Source of the DNA: Veleropilina oligotropha
Taxonomy: Eukaryota
Length of the DNA: 64,000 nt
Reading direction: 5' to 3'
Assembly: GCA_048128005.1 (NCBI GenBank)
Contig: JBEUKZ010000112.1
Location: 558,001 to 622,000 of the forward strand
In this document: positions 38,801 through 53,800 of the stretch, one piece after another
Position numbering within the stretch: position 1 is the stretch's first letter
How the letters are laid out: every line of letters starts with the position of its first letter
Position numbers and translations under genes: made by a program
The notes under the pieces: generated by a model
Seen by the model: the letters and a program-made list of their open reading frames with translations, nothing else
The model's database searches: none
Told to the model about the DNA's origin: nothing

Positions 38801-41800
38801 TAGTGCGTAATGCCCATGCATACACCAGCAATGCCCACTCCCAGAACCGCTGCCATATCCTCTAACAAGACGACCGTAACGTTGGGGTCGCAACCGCGTT
38901 TAACTATAAATTAAAGACAGATAGGTGATTCAGTAATAACATTTGAAAGAAATTAACAAAATGTGGACATTGCATCTTTAAACAGGTAATATCGTAGCGA
39001 TGATAAAACCATAATAACATTCTAATATAGCCATTTTCAATATCCATAAAAAAGAATTCAGTGATGTGAAATGTGAAATATATATCTATTTCCACCACTT
39101 TGTCTGTATTAAAATACATTGGTATAGCAAATAAAATGTATAAGCAACGTCATGAATTGCAGAAAATTAATACAGATAATTCGATTTGATGTAACCTGCA
39201 TATTTGTTCGTTGATCTGGGCTAAAAATACTATCTGACCATTGCTTCAAAGAGTCCATGATTTTTAATCACTAGTTTCCGATGGTTACATATGTATGACT
39301 GGATAGTCCGAAAAGGGTGGGCACATTATCTAAGGTCATGTTGGAGATCACTTTTACACAACATTATTTGTTACATAACTGCATGTTTTTACCACTCAGA
39401 TTTAACATAATGGATCGTGTGGTCTTGGTCATGATGTTATGTTCACCTCACATGGAGTCGATACATAATGGATCGTGTGGTCTTGGTCATGATATGTTCA
39501 CCTCACATGGAGTCGATATATACATGATATGTTCACCTCACATGGAGTCGATATATAATGGATCAATTATTTGTGTGCTCTACAGTGAATAAGACACTGG
39601 TTCTCGTTACCTACGCCAAAGAGGTACTTTTTCCCCTGATCTGGATCTGTTTTTTGTTGTTGTTTAATAGCAACATTACTCATTAAGTTGTGGATGGATT
39701 TCAGAGAAATTTTGTGGCAAGGACGAATCCATTAGATTTTGTTGGTGATCAGAACGTGATGACGTCATATTCGGATTATGATGTTTCAGCTCAATGCACG
39801 AAAAATATTTGTCGTAGAGATTACTGCACGGCAAGATGGAGAATTGTCTTATCATGGTGGAGGTGCGCAATCTAGGGTTGCCCTTGTTGTACGTGTATAA
39901 TGATGCACTTACCATATTGCCAGAACTCCATGTTGTTTGCCTTGGAGCCTTTCTTCACCTGATTTGCGGCCACCATAAGAGTGCCTAACGAGGAACGTAA
40001 TAATTAGTATCAATTAAATTTTCATACTTACATAAAACATTGGGCATGTTAATATTAGAGCACATAGTACTGGATAAACATATCACATAGCAAAATGAAT
40101 TACATAAAATCAGAGAGAATGTCAAAATTATAAGTTCCAAAAGAAACATTTGCACAAACAATAGTATATTCTGTCATCATGTAACTATGGTATAAATTTT
40201 AGTACCTACCTCCTTCCGACACAAGAGCACCCCCAAGAGCAGCTATTGCCTGAATTGTAAAAAAGTCATTGAGGCAGTATACAAATACAAAGGTATTACT
40301 AATAGAAGACGTGAATGAACCAACTCAACTCAACTCAAATTAATATTGTCAGGTCATGACATATTCCTATCGTGTGGCAGTGTCATACCTTATTGAATGT
40401 CGACATTCCAACAATCTGTATGAACGTATAAAGTAAGATTTCATATACTGTATATATATAATCTTTAATGAAAGCACACAAAAATTGCCAATGCGGCTTC
40501 ATTAGAGCATATAATCTATTCAAAAGTCAAATTGCATCTAGTAGATTTAGGATCCAGTATAATCCACGACGTCATCATTGCAGTCCTGACAGAACACAGC
40601 AGACATTGTGTTATCCAATACTCAGATATCTGCATGGTCTTTAGTAATAATGTGAGGAAAACAAGTAATGTAAAAAATACATTTATATATACAGTCCGGC
40701 AGTCAGAAGCTGATTTTTAGCCTAACCAAAAAATCTCGGTATAAATTTTTTTGCTGCTGATTATTTAATTATGGCATGTCATTGATGAGTTCCAGGGGGG
40801 TGTGGAGATCTCACCCTTGGGCAACTTTTTTGGTGGCCATTTTAAAAAATGGCCGCCAAGTAAAATTTCATCTGCTAATATCTTGATCCTCGAGAGCCAC
40901 ATGAACAAAATTATAGTGTCCACACACACGTTTTCATACACAATAAACAAGATTAGAAGACTATTTAGTAATGCTTGTTTTTTTGGAAGAGGTACTCATC
41001 TTAAAATTCAAAATGGACACCATACTGGTTGCAAAACCAACACGTTTTTGCTCATATCTCGAACTGTGATGTTATAGATGCATCATTCTTACGTTATTAC
41101 CCATGTTTTCAGGCTCAGTGAACATTGTGAGATCAACGATAACGATACTGAATGATTTGGTAGTGGCTGTCATCTTAACTTTAAAAATGGCCGCCAAATC
41201 CATTCGTCATCTAAAGAGCTAATAGTCCAGTAGTCAGAAGCTGATTTTTAGCCTAACCCAAAAATCTGCATATAAGGTTTTTTACTGCTGATTTTTTAGC
41301 TATGACATGTGATGATGTCATTGATGAGTTCCAGGGGATGTGATGTTCTCACCTTTGGGCAACGTTTTGACAGCTGCCAAGTAAAATTTCATCTGCTAAT
41401 ATAGATAGATATTTATTTTCCTCCACATGTAAATACAATAATATTTTTTCTGTGATGCACCATTAATAATATATTTATAAGAGGAAGGACGACATCGGAG
41501 TCTATGACAGACTGTTCCTGTGTAGGCGATTTCGCCCTTGTAACATTATTATACTAAGATAAATATATATATAATAATAATACAGTATAAAGAAAGTAGT
41601 GTAGTGTTTAATTCAGTTTGTGTAAATAAGATACTAGCAATGATATTTGCAATTGGGCATTAATGTCATGGTAAGTCTACGTGAAGATAGAAATGGATAA
41701 ATAGTAGTGATGGTTGTTGCTTTTGTGATACTGGTTGCTAGTAGTTACTAGTTGCTATCTTGATCCTCGCGAGCCATATGGATAAGATTCTGGTGTCTAC

Positions 41801-44800
41801 ACATATGTTTTCATACTCAATAAATAAGATTAGAATAATTTTAGTAATATTGGGTGATTTGGAGAAGGTGGTCACCTTAAAATACAAAATAGCCGCCAAT
41901 ATGGTTGCAACCGAACACGTTTTTGCTCATATCTCGAACTGTGATATTCACAGAGGCATCATTCTGACATCTATACTCATGTTTTAAGGTTCAGTGAACA
42001 TGGTGAGATCAACAATAAGAATACTGAATGATTTGGTAGAGGCTGTCATCTTAACTTTCAAAATAGCCGCCAAATGCGTGCGCCATCCAAAGAGCTAACG
42101 TTTATATCGCAGACTCTGTGACACATATATGCATGATTCTGCTGTATATATACATGTACATCTTCTTAGGATCATTAAACACGATAATAATAAAAATATT
42201 GAATCATAATTTATAACATTACAAGTACACAATGAAACATAGCAATATGACTAGACTAGAATGACCTGACTATATATATATATAAATTATTCATCATGGA
42301 GCATTAATACTGTATGAAGTACACATTGAAACATAACTGACAACTATTAGCAATATGACTTGACTAGAATGACATGACTAGAAATTATGCATAAGAGACA
42401 TAACATTCAGTACAATCGCTGAGGTGATCTGGGCTCAAATCGATGGGAAATTCGCAGCCCCAAACCTGTTGGAGAACGAAGTAGACAATCTTGCCAATGA
42501 CTTCCAAGAAGTACTACTTGCAACAGCTAAAGAGATACTGGTGAGAAAACGGGGAAAAATCAAGACGAACGAGGTCCTGGACCTATGAGATAAGAGATGA
42601 TATCTGAGAGGTCACAAGCATACATATAATGAATCAAGGGTACAACATTAACAGGTGCATACAGAGGTCAGGAAGAAGATGATATCAGCTAAAGAGAGGG
42701 TGGTTAGAGGTGCAGTGTGGACTGTGGAGCCATTGAGAAGAGATGAAAGCAGGGAATGGCAAACAAGCCTACGATCCTCTAAATTCCCTAATCAAGTCCA
42801 GTCAGCCAATGGCAGCTGTCTTCGTTGATAAAGAGGGTACGCTACTGACATACAGCGATCCCCCCGCTGAGATTCAAGATGGCGGCTGGTTAAATTAGTG
42901 GCTATTGTGGGCTCCCAGATAATACGAAAACTAACGAAGAAAACTAACGAAGATACAAGAAAAGTCTGTTGAAGAAGATGCATATAAGACCTTTAGTATG
43001 GATGTACCCAGCTGGATCTGAACAAAGATAAAAGACTGAGTGAGTTATACTTAGGATATTAGAAAATTGAAACTACTATATATCGCCGATCTCAAACCGT
43101 TTTCGCCGGCAGACATTCAATACTAAAGGAACACTTAAAATATCTGTGTATTCGTCAATTGCATATTGCATCAATGCGCCTCGATACATGGCAATCTTAA
43201 AGGAATATAGACATATCATATAATTTTATTTGGACTACCTTCACTTATTGTGCTCTAATCCCTTTAATTATATGTGTACAAGCACACTGCTAATTTGAAC
43301 CAAAAGTGTGAAATGGCCACCAAGAATAGTACAAACAAAAAGTCAACACCCGTGAAACCAGTTGCCCCCGCTCGGGAGAAACGAGACCGCACTTCGCCGG
43401 GCCAAATGTCTATCACAAAGCAAGCGAAACAATCGACTTGTGAAGACATAACGGAAGATAGTTGTGACTGTAATGAAGGCGAACAGAACAAAATAACACC
43501 TGGACTTTTGCAACTAATAAATACCATCGTTGACAAAGCAACAAAGCCATTAATCACCTTAATAAATGAACAGAAAAACACCATAGATTCGCTAATGAAA
43601 TCACTAGAAGATTTTGTTAAATCCACTAGCAACAAACATGAAGAAATAACGGAATTGAAGTCCTACATCACCAAAATAGAAAAACAAATATGTGACCAGC
43701 AGGATACAATTGTATCTCACGAAAGTAGGCTGAAAACGACAGATACATATTTGGATGAACTTGAACAATATAGCCGGAGAGGTTCGATCCGTATTAAGAA
43801 TATACCCGTGGAAAATATCCCGAAAAGAAGAGTGAGAGGTGACCGCTCGATCCTTGACACGGATTCATACGTCCTTAATCTCGCGAATCAAGACCTTAAG
43901 GTGCCTATCGTGCGGAGTGATATCGACAGATCTCATGTCACTGGGAAACCCGATTACAAAGGGCGAATCTCCATTATTTGCAAATTTTCAAGCTATACAG
44001 CAAAAAGCAATGTGTTCTTTGCCAAGAAAGCTTTAAAAAACCATCGAGATAGAATTTTCATTGTTGAAGATTTGACAAAGTATCGCGTTCGCTTGATCTC
44101 CAAACTGCAAGAACTCCATCGAAGCAAGAATATCAACAGCTTCTGGACGTGGGACGGCAAAATATTCTACAAGACATCATATGATGCCAAGCCAGTTCTG
44201 ATCAAGACCCTTGGTGACATAAATAATGCTTTCCCAGTGGACTATTGATAATCCATAACAGTGTTTATATGATGACGTATTATCGTTTATGCATCCCTCT
44301 AATGCCTCTATTGTGTAGGATAAATATTAACCAATACTATATGTACTAACCAATATTAGTTGCCATCAAACAATCAGCCTCAACACGTTCACATAATATC
44401 GCTAAAATCATGTAGCTGAAATTTTATTCGTTAGTCATTGATTCTATTTAGAATAGGAGACCCACTGCTACTTCCACTCGGTAATTCAGGACCAAGATGT
44501 CTAACATAATAGAAACTGCTTTATTCATCTTTGTACATATCCATATGAAACTCATATATCACACTTTCACAAAAACGAACACTGCCATGCTTGCAATTGT
44601 ATATATTATTCCTGTTGATTCTCTGTATGATTTCTATATGTATGATACAACATTCATCTTTTCCATAACAATGTATACAACTCTCCATTACGACAAACGT
44701 AAATGTTGATATAGATACAGACCCCACCAAAAACTTGAACTATTTGTTAGATGGTGATATGCCACTTAATAACTCATGTAACTACTTCGAGCCCGATGAC

Positions 44801-47800
44801 ATAAAAAAGCTTGACTTTGACAATTCTTCATTCAACGTCCTCCACTTAAATATACACAGTATTCCAGATAAAATTGATGATTTAAAGGAGCTCCTCTCTA
44901 AGATGCATATTGGAGGTTATCCCATTGACATCATATTACTATGCGAGACGTTTATTCACGACTTCAATAAAGACCACTGTCATATTGAAGGTTATAATCT
45001 TGAGGAAAAACATAGGGTAAATAAGTCAAAAGGAGGCGTAGCAATATATATAAAAAATAACATTATGTATAAACCACGATGTGATATTAGTGTATTTCAT
45101 GAAGGAATTTTCGAAACTTGTTTCATTGAAATTGAACTTAAGAAAACCAAAAATATCATTGTTGGTGAGATGTACAGAATACCGGGTAGTGATGAAAAAT
45201 TGTTCTTACATGAATATAACCATATACTTGAAACTGTTAAGAAAGAAAATAATAATCTTATTCTTGGGAGTGATCAAAACTTAGACTTCTTAAAACTAGA
45301 TAAGCACAATACCACTAAACTATTTCTAGATATCACATTAACACATGGAATACTTCCATTAATAACTCGGCCTACTCGAATAACCCACCACAGCGCCACG
45401 TTGATTGATAATATTTATATCATGGCCAGTATGGCGAAATCTTATGCATCAGCCATTATTACAACTCATATATCGGACCATCTACCATGTCTAGGCGTAA
45501 TAAGTACGACAATTAAAAAAGAAACGAGACCCAAGACTATCAAATCAAGAAAAATTGATGATAAAAAAGTAGAAAAAATATCCAACTATTTAGACAAATA
45601 TAACTGGAATATTTTGGATAATTACGATGCAGATACTGGGTTTAAAATATTATCAGACAAGTTGGGTAACATCATTGACATAGTTGCGCCTGAGAGGGAA
45701 ATAAAGATATCACCGAAAAGGATTATACAAAAGGAATACATGACCAAAGCTCTCATAAAGAGTTCAAAAAAATGTGACACTTTGTATAGAAAAACTCTGA
45801 GATTAGATAGAAACGATAGCAAACATCAAGCGTATATAACATACAGAAATACTCTCAACAAATTAAAACGCGCAGCCAAGCATAAATTCTATAGTGATAA
45901 AATTAATCATTTTAGGAAAGATTCAAAGAAATTATGGGGAGTTATAAACGAAGTAATTGGCAAGCAAAGAAACAAGTCTGGCTTACCCGAATATATAAAC
46001 ACCGATGGTATTAAACTATATGACCCAATCAGCATATGCAACAAGTTTTGTGAATATTTCACAGACTTTGGTCATAATGTAGCTGCAAAGATTCCAAAGG
46101 CTAATAAGTTGTTTACGGAATATTTAGGAAGTAGGGTGGAAAGTAGTTGCTTTCTGTATCCGACTAATCTGACAGAAGTTACTTCAACAATAATGAATCT
46201 CAAAAATAAAAGCAGCTCTGGTTATGACGATATAAACAATATAATGTTAAAAAAATTAGTGTACTCAATAAATAAACCTTTGCTGGTTATTTTCAACAAA
46301 TCTATGGAATCAGGTATATTTCCAAGCCTGATGAAGTATGCTGAAGTCATTCCCATTTATAAAAGCAAAGAAAGACATTTAATTAATAACTATAGACCCA
46401 TATCTCTCCTACCTACAGTATCAAAAGTTTTGGAAAAAATCATTTATAAGCGAATAAATAAATTTCTATCTGTCAATAATGTTTTATACCAAAGCCAATA
46501 TGGATTTAGAAAAAAACATAGTACTGAAGATGCCATTATTGAATTAGTTAGTGAAATAACTAAAGCTCACGAACAAAAAAAGGACACCCTGGCTATCTTC
46601 TTAGACCTGTCAAAAGCCTTTGACACCATCAACCATAGTATGTTATTAACGAAATTAGAATGTTACGGAATAAGAGGTGTCGCAAATAATTGGTTCAATA
46701 GCTATCTGTCTAACAGAATGCAATGTGTGAAAGCTGTCGATAAAAACAGTAAAATTAAAATTACAACAAAATATCGATCTATTAATTATGGTGTACCACA
46801 GGGATCGGTCCTCGGACCGCTGCTATTCCTAATATATATAAATGATCTAAACAAATGCTTAAAATACTTGAAAATAATAAACTTTGCTGATGATACCACA
46901 GCTTTCACCAGTTCGCATTCAATCCAATGTTTGTATAAATATGCTTCACATGATCTGCGATTGCTTAATGACTGGTTTAAGAGTAACAAATTATCATTAA
47001 ATATAGCTAAAACAAATTACATCATTTTTAAACATTCGAACCACATTAATATTGATGATAATGTATTAAAAATAGATAACAATGCTATACAAAAAGTTAG
47101 AACAACAAAATTTTTAGGTATTCTAATTGATGAAAAACTCAATTGGATTGATCATACTAATTACGTGCACAATAAAATATTACGAAGCGCATATGGCCTC
47201 AGATGTTGTAAAAACAAGTTACCAACATGGGTAAAGCGTCAACTATATTTCTCAACTGTGCATTGTCATATAACCTACGGCCTATCAGCATGGGGACCCT
47301 TGGCTAGTAAGACTCAAATGAAAAAACTATTCTTGCTTCAAAAAAATGCGTCCGAATTATATTAAATGAAAGGTACAATGCACATACAGATCCTCTGTTT
47401 AAAAAGCTAAAAATACTGAAATTAGATGATATTATAGATTTAGAATTATGCAAAGTTGGTCATAAATATTATACAGATCAATTACCATCACCAATAAAGT
47501 CACTTTTTACACATAATGCACAGTTCCATAACTACAACACAAGAAATAGATTTGATCCGACAATTCAATATCACAGAAGAACTATATTCAATAGGAGCAT
47601 ATTATGTAAAATGCCGTATTTATGGGGTAGATTATCACCTAGTTTGAAATGTATAGAAATTTCAAGGAAATTTTCAAGAGAATTCATTAAATTCAAAATT
47701 GGCAGTTATTAGTTATTAGTTTTTATTAATTAGTTATTACTTATTAGCTATTATTAAATTTCATGGACCTGTTATTATTGACACAACACCTTATTTCTAT

Positions 47801-50800
47801 TCACAACATTATGACATACACATACATACAGACAGACTCGCATACATCTTCCACCTTTATGAATTTCATGTAAATTAAATTTGTTGACAAATTAAATATA
47901 AAATAGATGTTACAAGGGCAATAGTACCTTCACGGGAACAGTCTGCTATTGACTTAACTGTTGTCCTTCCTTTCTCATATCCATTATGTTATGTATATTT
48001 ATTTGTGTACAAATACGATTTCATTAAGGAAAATAAATATCTATGGAGTCCCGGAGTGGTGGAGGAGTACTGTGAGAGCCTGTACAACTTTGAACCTCAC
48101 CCATACCTCTCCATTTGGAAACCAAATCGTCACAGAGAGTGAGAACAGTCTACCTGTACTGAAGGAGGATGTAGACGCTGCAATGAGGAGCTTAAATGCA
48201 GGCAAGTCACCCAGAGTGGACAACGTCTCCTCCGAACTGCTGAGAAGCGGAGGTGAAGGAACGGCAAAGGCCCTGACAGTTGATGTGGAAACAGAGCAAA
48301 TGGCAAACAGAGTTAACACAATCACTAGTGATATCCTTAACAAAGAACAGACCATAATCTTGATCAGCCTCCTCAGCAAGGTGATGCTAAGCATCATCCA
48401 CAACCTATTGAAGACAAAGGCTGAGGAACTACTGTCCGAGAAGTAAGCTGGATTCAGAGCAGGTTGGAGTACAGTGACAGTCAGTGGAGCAGATTTTCAA
48501 CTGTAAAATCATCATTTAAAACACCTTCAACATCAACGCTACCTCTTTCACAACTTCATAGCCTTCAAAAAGGTCTTTGATTGAATTTGGCATGACAGCC
48601 TCTGGAACGTACCTAGAGGTTACAAATTCGAGGAAGGTCTTGTTCAGGTCATCCAGGCCCCCTACAAGCATTCCAACAGGATTGTTATTCTGAAGTGAAT
48701 CTTCTTTCAGACAACTGTCGGCATCAGACAGGGGTGCTTACTCTCTCCTGTTCTCTAACACACTATTGCCAACATCACCATGAACAGGGAGCCATTAGAA
48801 GACGTGTCCAGCTTCAAATATTGGGAGGGATCCTGTCAAAGGATGGTACCTGCACAGCAGAAATTTGTATCCACTTTCGTCCATTGGACATTTAAGATGA
48901 CTGTAACTCTACGAAAGTATTCAATGCACGAAAAGCAGGAAGAGGTCGAGCTATAAGACACCAAATGTTCCTGTTCCCGTCATCCGTAAACTTAACCAAG
49001 TGGTGAATTTCTGATAAGCAACACCAGGCGCGCTTCATTGTCCTTATAGCAGCACTTGTAGTCTTCTTATCATGAGTATTGACCCTGAACTATGGGAAGA
49101 TTTTCCTGGATAATGACTCTATTAGTTCCGCAGTCTTAGATATAAACAGCATGTGTTGCAAGGTAAAAAAGTGTTTGGGCGAGACTCATTTTGAAATTTA
49201 AGATGTCGACCTCTACTGAATACTTCAATGTTATTATTATTTTTCCTATCATGTTTATTGACCCAGAAAACATGGGTGTAGGCACCATAATCATGTCTCT
49301 ATGGGTCTAAAGGATTGGGATATTAACTAATGAAATTCTGCTTGGTGACTATCTTTTAATAAGGCCGCCAATTTTGAGATCCCACACCCACTGGACCATA
49401 TTACATACATGGCATAGATGGGTACGTCTACGTCATAATGATGCCTCTATTAACATCACAGTTCGAGATATGAGCAGAAATGAGTTTGGTTTGCAACCAT
49501 TTTGGCAGTCATTTTTAACTTTAAGGTAACTACCTCCTCCAAAACACCCATTATTACACAAAGTTATTCTAATCTTGTTTATTGAGTATGAAAACATGTG
49601 GGAAAACACCAGAATCTTGTCCAAATGGCTCGCGAGGATCAAGAAATTAGCAAGTCAAAATTTTTAAAGTTGTCAAATAGTTGTTCAAGGGTGAGAACAC
49701 CACACACCCAGGACTGAACTCATCAATGAAATGTCATAGTTAAATTATCAGGAGTACAAAAGCTTATACAGAGGTTTTCGAGTTGGTCCTTAAATCGGCT
49801 TCTAACTACTGGCATGGACTGTTAGCTCTTTGGATGGCATACACATTTGGCAGCCATTTTGAAGTTAAGATGACGTACAGTCTCTACCAAATCATTCAGT
49901 ATTCATAGGTGTTAACCTCTGACGGGGTGCTCGCTGGAGATCAGTTGTAAAATTGGTGGAGATTAGCAATTGTTGGGGGAGATTTTAAGTGGTTTTGGGG
50001 GAGCTTTTTGCTGGAGATTTGCTATATTCGTATATTCAAATTTGATGAATACATTGGTATATATTATCTTGTTTCAGTAATATCTAGGCATAAAAGAAGC
50101 TAAAATTGTCTTTCCTGGCCATGGCTCTCAACCGCAGAAGAAAAGTTTGTCACTGGTATTGAATGATAGCATTATATAAGGTGCCATTGTTGTCAACATT
50201 TGATTTTGTGGTGAAAGTCATATTTTATTGCGACAACGATACATGTCGCGGAATAAAATTGTTATTGTTTGAGTGTACTTTTAATTTAATGTGCCTATGT
50301 GTATTATGTATTGTAATTTGTATACAGAATTAAATATGAAATCAATTATGTATTGTTTATTATACTTTTGTTATATTAATATTATATTTTCACCTCTACA
50401 ATTAATTTTATATTTATAAGACTGCGTTATAAATAATTACAGCAGACATGTTAACATATAAGAAAAAATATAATTAATGGTCTCCAGTGTTTATAAATTC
50501 TATAAATGGTGAACAATTGACGCCATTTACGTTTTACTCATTTGTCCATTAATCACTATACAGCTATAGGCCTATTATACATTTATCGTATCATTCTCAA
50601 TATTAATTATTACAGGCTGAGCAATGATGATGAAATTAAATCGTTCATAAAATCGGGTCGAATTCCGCTGTGCTAAATTATCTTTATATTGAGACCTGTC
50701 TATTACTTCCGTGGTGAATGATAAGATTTATTTATAAACATAAATTCCGTAAGCGTTACGGTTGGATATTAGGAGATCGGCCGTAAAGCCTAAACTTATC

Positions 50801-53800
50801 GGCAGGTGAAAACCGCAAAATAATTACATTGGAGTCGCAATTTTATGATTTAGAATTTTCACAACACATATTCACACATGCAGGCTAATTTAATACTCTG
50901 CGGCAAGCCTAGTAATACTGGACTCACAAACAAAGCAATTTGTCGGTAAAGTCTTTCATTCTAACACAATGCTCTCACTTCGTCAGTAATTTATTAGGCC
51001 TAGATAACAATGGCGACCCACAAAACAGAGACGAGTTATTTCCCCTGCCACGGCACAGTCGACGTATGCGTGGAGATCGATTTGAGTGTTAAATGTTTTC
51101 CAAATCAGTGAAATGGCGAGATTTCGGAAGATTAAATGATTTTGATAATTTTGTTCGATAAACAAAGTCGCAATTCTTTAGTCTACCGGTCATTCCGGTC
51201 GAGTTGACAAGTATGACACTTAGGTGCTAATTAACGCCTTTGTTCTACGACCGTAATTCTGGCTGCGTAATCGCGACGCAAAACAAACACTGTCATGGGC
51301 TGCTGACAATCATAACAGAACTATTTACTCAGGCGACTGACCACAAGAGAGTAGTTAGTTGGTCAGTGAGTAGTATCATTTATATATGACTGCATTAATC
51401 ACAAAAAATCTTGGCAAATATAAATATTTTATTTCCCGAATTTTTCGTTTTGTGGGTCATTCGAAGCATGTTGCGGGTGTGCGGGACATGGCTCAAAAAT
51501 GCGGGTCTGACCCGCACGATATCAGGGAGATTAACACCTATGAGTATTATTATTGTTGATCTCACCGTGTTCACTGAGCCTGAAAACATGGGTATAGACA
51601 TCAAAATGATCCCTCTTTGAACTTCACAGTTCAAGATATGGACATAAAACTGTTTGGTTTGAAACCATTTTGGTGGCCATTTTTAATTTTAAGGTCAATA
51701 CCTTCTCCAAAACACCCAATATTACTAAATAGTATTCTTATCTTGTTTATTGAATATGAAAATATGTGTGTAGACACCAGAATCTTGTCCATATGGCTCT
51801 CCAGGATGAAGATAATAGCAGATGAAATTTTACTTGGCTTAATAATGGCGACCAAAAAAGTTGCCCAAGGGTGAGATCTCCACACCCCCCCTCGAACATA
51901 TTACATACATGCCATAGATGGATAATCAACAATATAAAAAACTTATACCAAGATTTTGGGGTTTGACCCCTGACTGCCAGACTAATACATGTACTACCTA
52001 TATTTTTTTTTACATAACAAAACTTATTTTCTACAAAATATTTATGACAATGAATAATATTCTATATTCTATCATCAGTAAGAACTAGAGCTATCACAGG
52101 AGTGAACACATGCCCCCACGAAAGCGTTTGACCCAGGAACAGTCTGTTGCATACACACATGAAGTTTCATGCCCTCAGCCAAATAGTATGGGAGATATGG
52201 AGCGGAAGGGAATTTTAGACTGAATGTGGTTAGGTGTGAAAAGTAGGTCGTGGTGACCTACTTTCGGTACGCAACATACCTTTCAGTTATGACGCATACA
52301 CACATCAAGTTTCGCGTCCTTCGGTCAAATAGTATGGAAGATATGGAGCGGAAGGGAATTTTGGATCAAATGTGGTCAAGCGTGAAAAGTAGGTCACGGT
52401 GACCTCCTTTTGGTACGCGACACACCTTTACGTTATGACGCATACACACATCAAATTTCGTGTCCCTCGGTCAAATAGTATGGAAGATATGGAGCGGAAG
52501 GGAAATTTGGACCAAATGCGGTCAAGTCTGAAATGTAGGTCACAGTGACCTAATTTTGATACGCGACACCTCTTTGGGTTATGAAGCATACACACATAAA
52601 ATTTGGTGTCCCTCTATCATATCGTATGGAAGATATGAAGTGGAAGGGAATTTTGGACCAAATGCGGTCAAGTCAGAATGTGGGTCGCAGTGACCTACTT
52701 TGGGTTATGACGCATAAACACCAAGTTTCATGTCCCACGGTCAAATAGTGTGGGAGATATGGAGCGGAAGAGAATTTTGGATTAAGTGCAGTCAAGCAAG
52801 AAAAGTAGGCCGTGGTGACCTACTTTCGGTACGCGACACACCTTTGGGTTATGATGCATGTACACATCAAGTTTCGTGTCCCCGGTAAAATAGTATAGGC
52901 GATATGGAGCGGAAGGGAATATGCAACAGACCGGCTGACACACAGACAGACAAGCTGACTCCTATATGCCCCCCTAAACTTCGTTTATGGGGGCATAACA
53001 AGGGTCAGATATGTCAAATGTTATGGTGAAAAAATAACTAAGACTTTTTTAGTTATCGTACAGACATGAGGAAGTGTAGGACAGACGCCATATACTATAA
53101 TACCCGCCATTTATCCATTTGTACGTGAACATCACCAGAAACTGGCCGCTTTGACAGCTATGTGGTTTCGTTTGTGGACTCCGAAAATCACTGGCTTGAT
53201 TCCAGTAATGGCTACATTACACATCCGCGTTGTGATTTTTTCTTACCCAGATTAGTGAACCCATCTGCTCCGGATGGAGGAATCCCTGAATCCCGTGGTA
53301 CCAGGACAGTCCGGTGCCGAAGCAAAAGATGCCCACACCACTGATCAGGGAAGAGATGTTCCGCAGGTTCTTGTAGCCATACCTGCAAATTACAGGAAAG
53401 TTACATAAATTTCTCTGCACATGTCATTTAAGGTATCTTCACATAAAACAACATCAAAGTGGTATTTTAGAATAGGGCATATATTTACTGAAATATGTTA
53501 TATGGAACATGTATACTGTATATTTTATATGATATGCCTCGAGTTTCAACTTTAGCTATAATCTCCTTCCTTGTAACAATCATTTCCAAAGTATGGATAT
53601 TGGTCTCACTTCAATCTGATCGCTATACATTAGGGATATACCTTCTATTATTTTAAGCGATAGAACAAACTGCCGCTGGTCTTGAACCAGCGACCAACTA
53701 ACAGCATCGAATGAGAGTCTAACGCGCTAACAACCACTCAACCGCCGATGCCGATAGTATGGATATTAATAGGATAAAATAATACATGATTTATATTTAC

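Larger units (their letters stand above)
42858..48043 (+). mobile_element. Near full-length LINE (L2 group, Crack/Daphne-like) with 5' UTR, ORF1, ORF2 and 3' UTR
   Basis: Bounded by the two RTE halves; ends aaaataaatatctat; two long ORFs. Confidence 0.88.
42410..48895 (+). mobile_element. RTE-clade LINE relic (42410-42856 and 48043-48895) split by a younger LINE
   Basis: GGKFAAP-like start; LNAGKSPRVDNVSSELL; ISLLSKVML; degenerate FKKVFD and RQGCLLSPVL. Confidence 0.75.
40692..51984. mobile_element. Long-TIR (Academ-like) non-autonomous element with nested LINEs and a DNA element
   Basis: Termini cagtccggcagtcag / ctgactgccagacta; ATA on both flanks. Arms 40692-42100 and 49430-51984 are inversely similar once inserts are removed. 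Confidence 0.7.
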
